From the NCBI GenBank assembly GCA_016748015.1, contig JAAOMT010000245.1, positions 19,941 through 83,940 on the forward strand: a DNA stretch of 64,000 nucleotides. The letters run 5' to 3'. Below, in pieces: positions 39,863 to 49,966 of the stretch. Position 1 is the stretch's first letter. Each line of letters opens with the position of its first letter. Under the pieces are notes generated by a model. It made no database searches, had not been told where the DNA came from, and saw nothing but the letters and a program-made list of their open reading frames with translations. The translations under genes were made by a program, and so were the position numbers. This DNA is from Geosiphon pyriformis uo1 (taxonomy: Eukaryota > Fungi > Glomeromycota).

Positions 39863-40741
39863 TGTTATAAGTGATTATTTGAGATTTTAAATCAAATAAC
39901 AAACTTATAACTTGGTGCTTAATTAATATATTAATGATGTATATAATTTAATGGTTTTATCAGTCTGAAGGTTTTGGTTATAGTTCTTTGTATAATGGAC
40001 AGAAATAGTAGTTGTTTCTTGAAATTGCAATTTTTGCCCAATTTTTTTTTCAGCTTGGCAGCCAAATTTATTCTGACAATTATGCCTTTCTGATAAGCTA
40101 ATTGTTAATATATATAATTCTACCCTTATTTCTGGGTTTTTTACCAAACTATTCTTGATGTTAATAATTCAGTGCTTTAATCCTTAATCAATTAGTATAC
40201 AACAATAAAATCAAAGAAAAGAAAAGAAATAAAAAAAATAAAATAAAAAAAATAAAAGAAATAAGCCAAGGCAATTTGCAAATTAGTATCCCATCAATAG
40301 TTATAATCAAAAGCTATTGTTCTAGTGTAGTTAAGTATCAATTACTATTAACATAGAGTGTTGATAGTGGAAAGTGAATTTAAGATAGTAAATAATTATT
40401 TATTGATTAGAAAAGTTGCTTAGATTAAATCTAAACTGAGAGGTCTGTCTTTTCTACTTTTAATGCTACCATTATATATACATAATTAAAATTCCTTAAT
40501 TTCTCAATTTTTTATACCAGAAATTCTGGAATTCCTAAAATCCTGCAATTCTTTTGAGAGGAATCCTGGAATTCTAGAATTCTGCAATTTTTCACTCAAG
40601 AATCTTGAAATTTCTGGAATCCTACGATTCTTTTAAGAGAAATCCTGAAATTTCTGGAATCCTGGAATTCCACATTTACTATGTCTACCTCTGATTGGCT
40701 AATTTATATGCTAATATACTTTTTATATTCTATAAGTAACA
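39863..40741 (-). repeat. G2 3' LTR
   Basis: TGTTAT...GTAACA; preceded in element sense by a decayed PPT; near-identical to 59910-60675. Confidence 0.9.
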
Positions 40742-40754
40742 TTATTCTCTTATT

Positions 40755-41316
40755 TTAATATTGAGCTCTATCAAAATTTCCTAAATCTCCTAACTCTACT
40801 TCTCCATTTTTGAGTATTTCTTGAATTTCTTTTTTGAGAATTACTTGTGTTATCTTGTTCAAATTGGGCATTGGTTATTTTTTCCATTTGGTTAACAGTA
40901 ACAGTATTCATTTCTGTGTTGAGTAAAATTTCTGGTCAATCTTAAAATCTAGTATGTATCCAATAAATGGCTCTTGTTTGTGTGGTCAAATTGTTCTTTC
41001 CAATAAATTGTTTTAGTTGTTGCAGTATTGCTGTATCAAATAATTATTTTGTTTTATCCATATATAAATTTTGAATATTCAAGTGTTGTCTCAAATAAAA
41101 GTAACAAAAGTTTCTTGGAAATTGTTGTATCTACTAATTCTAAATTTCTATAGTTAACTCTTAGTATTGAGTAATTTTTGGTTGTGCTTCTATTGCCAAT
41201 TTCACTTTTGTGATTATTTTGTCAACAGTGTTTTCTGTTTTTCTCTGTACTTTATCCTGTGGTCTTTTTCTGGTGGTTGTGTATCTGATAGTTTTTTGAT
41301 TGATTGTGATTTTCAT
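40755..41316 (-). pseudogene. G2 ORF3 (unknown protein between integrase and PPT)
   Basis: Collinear with the G3 copy 49267-49839; most stops are complemented by the other copy; 11-bp deletion near the 3' end. Confidence 0.7.
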
Positions 41317-41442
41317 TTCTTGTTGTTGAATTAATTGGAAGAGTTATTGTGCTAATGAGTGAATATTGTCAGTAATTTCTATTTTTTTGATGTCTTTCAT
41401 TACATCTACTCTGTCTTTATATACTCTTTTTATTGTTCAATT

Positions 41443-44400
41443 TTATGTGTTTGTTTCAATGATTATGATTGGTTCCAGATCTCATGAAATCTCATCTGGT
41501 TAGACTAGTATTTGCTGTACTCTCAGTTGTGGAATATTATTCATAGATAATGATACTGTATGATAATATGGTTTTAGTCAATCACTATGTGCTGCTTTGG
41601 CCAAGATTTTGTTGTTTCATCTTAATTTATAAGCTTCATTTCCTAGAATTTCTTCTATGTAAAATGGTCTATCCCATTTGGAGTCGAATTTTCTACTTCA
41701 TTGTTTTTCTGCTTTGGTACAATGTAAAAGTATTTTGTCTCTAATCTTGAATTCAACTGGTTTATCTGGTAATTAGTTATTATGTTATTCTTTTTGTTTT
41801 TCTTGTAACTTTTGAATATTATTAGCTGCTCTTTGCCTTTTGTTTTCTAGTGTTTCTATTATGTCATATGTTCTTTTCAACAATGTTTCTTGAAAATTAT
41901 CTTCTGTTATTGGTTCAGTTGGATATGTGTTGACTTCTATCTCTACTGGTAATATTGCTGTTCTACTATACACTAATTCAAATGGTGTCACTTGTATAGT
42001 ATCTTGCTTCATTGTCTGATAAGCAAATAATACTAATAGTAAACAAATCCCATTTATCCTGGTTTTTTTGGCTGATCTTGGCAATTGCTTTACACAATGT
42101 TCTATTGAATCTTTCAATTAAGCCATTTGTTTATGGATGATATAATAATGATAATGGTCTTTTAATTCCAAATCTTTGACTTAATTCTGACAATGTTCTA
42201 TTTACAAAGTGAGTTCCTTGATCTAATAGTAATTTTTTTGAACATTCATGTTGACAAATCAAATCTTGATGGACAAATTTGGCAATGAATTCTGCATCTG
42301 TTCTTTGAATGGCTTTTGCTTCTGGCCATTTAGTGAGATAATCCATGACTACTGCAATATATTTGTTGTCTCTGCTAGTGATTGTTAATGGTTTGACTAA
42401 GTCAATTCCAATGTAATCAAATAGTTGTTCTATTCTGATTGGTTTTAATGGTTCAGTCAGTCTTGTTCCTTTTCTTCTTTGACAAGTATTACAATTCTAA
42501 ACATATTGAATGATATCTGAATATATTGATGGCCAATAGTATCTATTTTTGGTTCTTTTTATGGTTGCTTCTTTATGAAAATGTTCTGCTGTTGGGTCTG
42601 AGTGCATATTGAATAGTATTGTCTCTTTTTCTGGTTCTGTAACTACTCTGATTGGTTGATCTGAATTTCTTTTGTTTTTCTGATAAAATATATTTTGATG
42701 GTTAATAAAGTATTTTGATTGTTGTTTTATGTTGTTTCGTTTCTTTTGAGATAATTTTTTTTTAAACTGTTAAGTATTTATATAATGTTAAAATTGTTGA
42801 TATTTTTGTGTGTTCATTTTTTGTTATATATTTATGTTTTCAATTTGTTTGGATTTGTTATATTTTTGGGTTAAAATGCTCAGATTTGTTTCATTTATAA
42901 CAAATTATCAGCATTTTTATTTTTTTTTCCCTTTTTATAGTGTACTGTAAAAGTATATAGTAAAAGTACTATTTTTCATCTTGCATGTCAATCATCTCCA
43001 AATTCTTGCTTCTGGATTAAAGTCAATCCTTTGTGATCAGTGTGCATCTTAAATTTTTGGCTTAAGTATTTTTTTCATTTCATAACTGCCCAATAGATTG
43101 CTAAGTGTTCTAATATTGGTGTTTTATAATTTTTTTCAGCTGGAGTCAAACCTCAGCTGGTATATGTAACTGGATGTTTTCTTCCATTTGGTTCTCTCTG
43201 AGATAGTACTGCTCCTAATATTTAACCTAACACATATGTGGTGATAATGAATGGCTTACTATGATCTGAATATATCAACACTGGAGCTTAAATAAGCTTT
43301 TTTCTTAAAATGTCAAAAGCTTCTTGCTGAATTTCTGTCCATTTGTATTTTATATTCTTGGTTTGGAAATGGTTAAGTGGCTGAGCTATTTTAGAAAAGT
43401 CTTTAATGAAGTGATGATAATAGCCTGTGAATCCCAAGAATGATTTTAATTTGGTTAAGTTGGTTGGTACCAGAAATTTTTTTACTATCTTTATTTCTCT
43501 GAATTCATTTTGATTCTGTTTTTGCTCATTACATGTTCTAAGAATTTCAGTTCTGTTTTGCTAAAAAAACACTTAGTAGTATTTAACTTTAGTTCTGCTC
43601 ATCGTAGCCTTTCAAATACTTGCTGTAGATAATAGATGTAATTATTGAACATTCTTAAGAATACGTTGGTATTGTCCAAATACATGACTACTAATTTCCA
43701 TAGCAGTCTAGTATATACTATTTCCATTAGCCATTGAAATGTGGCTGGTGCTTTCATTAAGCTGAATGGCATGACTTCAAATTCAAAATTTCCCTCTTTT
43801 GTGGTAAATGCCATTTTCTCTTTGTTGGCTGAATTCATGGCTACTTGCTAGTAGTCACTATCTAAATTCAATGTTGAGAACCATTTCTTTTCTTTGAAAG
43901 CATCAAACAATTTCTGAATTCATGGAGTTGGGTAACTGTCTCCACAAATAACTCTATTGAGTTTTCTATAATCCACACAAAAGTGAATCTTTCCATTCTT
44001 TTTCTAAACTAGTACCACTGGTAATGACCATGGGCTTATTGATGGCTGAATTAGTCTGTTGTCAAGCATCCGATTGATTTCTTGACAAATGATTTCATGG
44101 CTGACTGGTAGTATCCAATATGCTCTTTGTTTAATTGGCATTGCATCTCCAGTCTTAATCTAATGCTGGATAATATCAGTTTGGCCAAATTTGTTTTTAC
44201 TTGCAAAGATGTCATTGAAGTTTTTAAGTAACATCTTGAGTTGCATATATTGAAATGAGTCTAAGTTTCCCATGTTTATTTGGTTCAATTGTGCTGATTG
44301 AAACAAGTAGCATTCATTTCATCCATATATTGTCTGTGATGTAATATTCACATATCCACACAGTTGTGGAAAATCCAAAATGGTGCTTGGTGGTTGCTCT

Positions 44401-47400
44401 TCAAGTTCCATGCTTAAGTATTCAATGATAATTCTTTTGAGTATTGTAATGACATCTCCTGTTGTATTGTGGATGAGAATTTTGATATGGTTATGATTCT
44501 TGGCTGATATGTAGAAATTAATGAGTCCAATTTCTCTTGATTCACAAATTGTTGCTTCTGTCTCAAAGATCTGGGCTTGGTTCTTCATTTTCCTTTCTAT
44601 TACTAACATGTACTAATCATATGGTGGAATGAAAATTGATTGATGGGTGGAGATAATTTCTTCCTTGTTAACAATTTCTTCCTCTGCCATATTGATTGGT
44701 ACATTGTTACCCAAGTAGAAAAACCAATCCAAAGTTATAAAGAAACATGACCAAAATGTGACATAACACAGAATAATACGCAATAATGTTGGATAACGCG
44801 TTATAATGTTGGATAACATGTTATAATGCAGGATAACACAGAATAGCATGCAATAACATAGGATAACACAGAATAACATGTAATAATGTCAGATAACGTG
44901 TTATAATATAGGATAACTAGCGATAACGTAGAAAAACAAAGCAATAACAGAAACAACAAAGCAATAGCTAGCGATAGCGAGACAATTGAAAGCAATCCTA
45001 TAAAACCAAAAGAATGTATAAAAGCAAGTAGTTGTAGAAGTGAGAAAAGACAGAAAAGAAAAAATAGATATGAACCTCTAAACCAGAAATTAAAATATTC
45101 ATATTCCTTCATTTTTTATTATCTTCCCTATTTCATCTCCTAAAATAAACCAATTATTAAAAGAAATCAGAATCACGAATTCATGTTCTCGAACTTCATG
45201 GAATTTACGTGAATTAACCCTTGTCTCGTACTTCCATTCTAGAACAGATGCTCTTAGCATAACTATCTCGAACCTATTAACGATTTGGACCAATCGCTCT
45301 TGATCATGGCAATTGACAATACTAATTTATCTTTTTTCTTTTTTCTTTTCTTTTCTTTTTCTTTTTTTTTCTTTTTCTGTCTTATTTTTTTGTGGAGCGG
45401 CAACATAGTAAAATTGACTGTCTGGGAATAAACTTCGTGATAGCCTGGTAAAAGAGGGAAGCTTCCCCTAAGTTTTGGATATTAACATTATCTTGTTAGC
45501 TTACCAGAAGGGCAAAAAGACAACGCCAGACCCTAACAACTGTACTCGTTAGCTCGGAGAAGAAAGCTCACATTTATGAAAAACGTTGCAATTGACAAAA
45601 AACAAACTCTCTGCCTTATAACCAAAGAACTCAATGGGTAAAATTCACATCCAGGAATAGACCTTTAGAAACTGATAATCAAGACTAAGCCAACAGAATT
45701 ACACAGAAGACGCATCATCAATAATTGAGAGCACCAAATGTTACCATTTCCCATACCCACCAAGTTTACCTGTAACAACGTTTATTCTATTTGTTGATTC
45801 AAATTTACTTATTTCTCTTGCTGTGATTTCTAATTCTTCTCTATTTCCCACTGAAATTAACTGAGCTACTTTAACCAAAGGTAAGAATATTGCCTGTATT
45901 ATCTTTTTATTTGGCTCTATGATATAAGTCTTTTCTGAGTTATTTTGTAGCATTGCAATAATATTTCCTATGTATTCTACATCAATTATCCCTCCTCTAA
46001 TATTGATTTCTTTTTTTGTTAAACTACTTTTAGAGACTAGTTGAATCATTGTTGTTGCTGGGATCTCTAATTCTATTTTTAAATCAATACATGTTTATGA
46101 ATGTGGTTCCAATTTTATGGCTTCTTTTCTGAAATATCTCAGATCAAACTCTGCATCTGTATCATGCACGCATTTTGACATGATATTTTCATCATTATCA
46201 CTGAATTATTTAAGTTCTTGCTTTTTGGTGAGATTGGGGAGTGCAATGTATTGTTCAAAGTTTGAATTTGAGTTTGAGTTATTGTCATTTTGGTTGTTAT
46301 ATTAGATAGAGCTAAAACCAGTGTTTTTGTTGTCATTGTTGTTGGAGTTTGAATTGGGATCGAAAATTGATTTCAATTCTGATGCACAGCTGCTGATTGG
46401 TTTTTTTTCTTTGGAGATTGTATAGATCATGTATGGTAGTAGATTGTAAATAAGGTCACAATTATCACAATATTCAAAATTACTGAGAATTAAACAGTGT
46501 TAGTATAGTCTGGTATTTAATTCTTTTAGCCATTGTTTTTGCTCTTCCCTAGTCAGTGCCAATTCCTGGTAATGTTTATAGAATTGCTCTGGGTCTATTG
46601 GCTTTAAGACAATATCTGAGTTTGGGCCCTAGTTAAGTTTTATTGGTTTGAATGAATTGTTTTTGATCACTCTGATCTCTTTGGATATCACTCCTTCGAT
46701 TTTTGTGAGTGCCATTCACCAAATTTTGTTGTTATTGTGTGGGCAACCATCCAGACATTTTACAGTTCTTCTTCAGGTGGCTTTTATTGGTGTTCCTTTT
46801 TTAACCTAGTTACTTATTAGAATCATGTATTGACACAATTTGTCACATGTTTCTCTTCACTCAAGAATGTTATTCCACATTTCTTTATCTAAAAAAGTTT
46901 TTTCACAAGCCAAGCATGGTTTATTATCCCATTTTTCAACTCATTTTGGTCTTCCAAAGTGTTCTAGGATGCATGGACAACAATAAAACTTAGTTGCCAT
47001 TTGGTATTCCTCATTATCACCACAGCATGCATCTATTGACAACAATTTTTTGCTGCAATTAATACATATGAGCTTTGGTCAGCAATAAGTGGATCATTGT
47101 GGTATAGTATAAGTGTAGGAGTTATAAGTGGTGATGTTGGTGAGTGTTGTTTCTTCTTCCTTCCCTTTTTGTTTTTCCTTATTGCTTTTTTCTCCCTCCC
47201 AAGTTATTGGTTTTTCTTGGTCATTATTATTTACTCAGGCTTGGTTAGAATTCCAGATAAGTTCTTCTTTTTGCTTTCATTTTCCAGTGTTATTCCAAGA
47301 GAGTATCAGTAATAGCTTATTGTGGTCTTGATTGGTCCATAAAACTTGATAAACTTCTCAGATAGGTTTTTTTTCTTTTTTTTTGAACTCGATGAGAGTT

Positions 47401-48446
47401 GCTGTTAGTGTGTTGATAAGTTTAAAGTGGCTGGTACACATGTGTGTTGACTATTTTGGTTAATTTGAAGCTTCTGCATGGTCCAGTCAAGCATCACATT
47501 TGTTTTGGACAGCCAATTATTACCAACAAATGCTTAGTATTGGGTGGCTTTTATGACTAATATCATGATGGGTACAATAATGCCATTGACTTTAAAAGAA
47601 AAGTTATCAATTTTGTCTATAGGAGTCTTAGTAGCTCCAATAGCAGTAATGATTTTGGCACTGGCAATGCAATCAACTCAGTGATCTAATTGGTCTATAA
47701 GTTGTTTTGTTATGATACTGCCAGCTGACCTACTATTAAGGATAAGCTTGATAGATTGCTCATCGACTTTGATGTCAGTATATATGGCAGTAATTAGTTT
47801 GGTGTCAAGAGCAGCTCCACTAAATAATAGGATGGGTATAGTGTCCTTAAGTTTGAAAGAAAAAATGGTTGCTAAGAATTCATTGTTGGTAACAGTTGCT
47901 GGTAGTATGTTGCTAATAAGTAATTGTTTTTGGTTGACTTTTGAGTTATTGGATAAGTTGTCTTTTGGGATAACCAAAAGACTTAAATAGTGTTGGAAAT
48001 TCGGGTTTTGAACATGCCCAGTTTCCAAATTCTGAGAACATAATCCTGTTGGTTGGTGAAAGGAGCTGGGGATCAGTTAATAGACAACTATCACTGATTT
48101 CCAGTTCTGAATGACTCTTGATCTGGGATTTCCTGATGTCATATGAGCTGGGTTTGGTGGTAGTGTTTGAAATTGCTGTGATTGATAAATTACTGGTGGC
48201 TGTGGTTGATATATGACTTGTGGCTACTGTTAATAGACTGGAGTTTGATATACAGGTGGTTAATACATTGGTTGTTGCATCAATGGCAGGTAAGTCAATT
48301 GATATGGGGCTGGATTTGATTAAAAACTTGGAGTTTAAAACTGGTAATTGGGGTTTTGATATTAATTTCCTGATCATTGGTTATTTAAATATTGGCAGCA
48401 GTTGATTTGCAAATGTCTTTGTCTACCATAATAGTGGCAAGCATGC
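41443..48446 (-). pseudogene. G2 gag C-terminus and pol (zinc knuckle, PR, Cys-rich domain, dUTPase, RT, RH, IN), interrupted by a solo LTR
   Basis: LILNSRSAGSII; IRGGIIDVEYIG; YLDN; integrase HHCC, MDYLTKWPEA, DQGTHF and a GPF-type C-terminus. Confidence 0.9.
44705..45777 (+). repeat. Solo LTR (~1073 bp) of a further related family, antisense within G2 pol just after the dUTPase
   Basis: TGTTAC...GTAACA termini; 4-bp TSD ACAT/ACGT; host frame STNRINV|PINMAEEE rejoins; U5 blocks homologous to 6690-6960; ~10-bp ATAACACAGG-type tandem array at 44760-44930. Confidence 0.88.
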
Positions 48447-49253
48447 TGTTACAAGTGATTATTTGGGATCTTAAAACAAATAACAAACCCATAACTTGGT
48501 GCTCAATTGCTAATTCATGTATTAATATCTAAAGGTTTTGGTGTCTGAAGGTTTTTGGTTGAGTCCTTTGTATAATAGACAAAGATTCGATAATTGTTTT
48601 ATCCATTACTTCTTAAAACCACAGTTTCGTCAATTTTTTTCTTGGCATGATGGCCAGCAATTTTCTGGTAAGCTATTTTCAAATCTATGAGTGTTTATCC
48701 TTATTCCTAGGTCTTTTACCAGTGCTATATCCTGATGTCAGTACCTCTGTACATTTTTCTTTTAATTAATTAGTACACAACAATAAAATCAAAAAAGGAA
48801 AATAAAGAAAAAAAAGAAAGAAATAAAATAAATAAAGAAATAAGCCAATGCAATTGCAAGTTAGTATCCCATCAATAGTCATAATTAAGAGCTATTGTTC
48901 CAGTGTGATCAAGTATTAATTACTATTACCATGAAGTATTAATAACAAAGAGTAGATTTAAGATAGTGAATAATTATTTATTAATTAGGAAGGTTACTTA
49001 GATTAAATCTAAACTAAGAGATCTGTTTTTTCTACCTTTAATGCTACTGCTATATATACATAATTGAGATTTTTCAATTCCTTTGAGAAGAATCCTAAAA
49101 TTCTGCAATCCTGTGATTCCTCATATGAGAATTCTAAAATTCCTGAAATTCTGCAATTTCTCTGAGAAAAATTCTGAAATTCCATATTTACTATGCCTAC
49201 TTCTGATTGGCTAATCTATATGCTAATATATTTCTTATATTCTATGAGTAACA
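48447..49253 (-). repeat. G3 3' LTR
   Basis: TGTTAC...GTAACA; PPT adjacent at 49254-49268. Confidence 0.92.
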
Positions 49254-49266
49254 TTATTCCCTCCTT

Positions 49267-49935
49267 TTAATATTGAGCTCTATTGAGATCTCCTAAATCT
49301 CTTAACTCTAATTCTCCATTTTTGAATATTTCTTGACTTTTTTTTTCAAGAATTATTTGTGTTATCTTGTTCTGTAATTCTTCAAATTGGGCATTGGTTA
49401 TTTTTCCCATTTGGTTAACAGTAATGGTGTTCATTTCTGTATTGAGTAGAATTTCTGGTCTGTCTTAAAATCTTGTATGTAGCCAATAAATGGCTCTTGC
49501 TTGTGTGGTCAAATTGTTTTTCCTCACAAATTGTTCTAATTGTTGCAGTATTGTTGTGTTAAATAATTGTTTTGTCTTATCTGTGTATAACTTCTGAATA
49601 TTCAAGTGTTATCTCAAGTAAAAGTAACAAAAGTTTTTTGGAAATTGTTGTATCCACCAATTCCATATTTCTATAGTCAACTCTTGATATTGGGTGACTT
49701 TTGATTGTGTTTTTATCACCAATTTCACTTTTGTGATTATTTTGTTGACAGTGTTTTCTGTTTTTCTCTATACTTTATCTTATAGTCTTTTTCTGGTATT
49801 TGTGTATCTGATGGTTTGTTAATTGATTGTGATTTCCATTTCTTGTTATTGGATTAATTGAAAGAGTTGTTGTGCTAGTGAATGAATGTTGTCAGTAATT
49901 TCTATTTTTCTGATGTTTTTTGTTGCATCTACCAT
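49267..49935 (-). pseudogene. G3 ORF3 (unknown, ~190-220 aa, env position)
   Basis: One frame from ATG 49935/49839 to TAA 49267 abutting the PPT; internal stops are TAA/TAG, mostly at positions that are CAA/CAG in G2. Confidence 0.75.
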
Positions 49936-49966
49936 GTTTTTATATACTTTTTTTTATTGTTCAATT

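Noticed and set aside
39923-40147. ORFs inside LTRs (also 6658..6849)
   Set aside because: The reading frame is not preserved among the homologous LTRs; the same nucleotides are read in different frames.
44613-45293. Hydrophobic - strand ORFs (88, 103, 64 aa) as membrane or Env-like proteins
   Set aside because: They are antisense translations of the solo LTR's tandem-repeat and A-rich U3 region.
45739-45777. 39-bp TGTTAC...GTAACA unit next to a PBS-like motif, suggesting a mini-LTR (TRIM) on the - strand
   Set aside because: There is no second copy at the other end. The 1073-bp insert is homologous to other LTRs in + orientation, so the motif is the U5 anti-PBS of a solo LTR.
49267-49935. 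ORF3 as a retroviral envelope gene
   Set aside because: Too short, with no signal peptide or transmembrane helix in the reconstruction.
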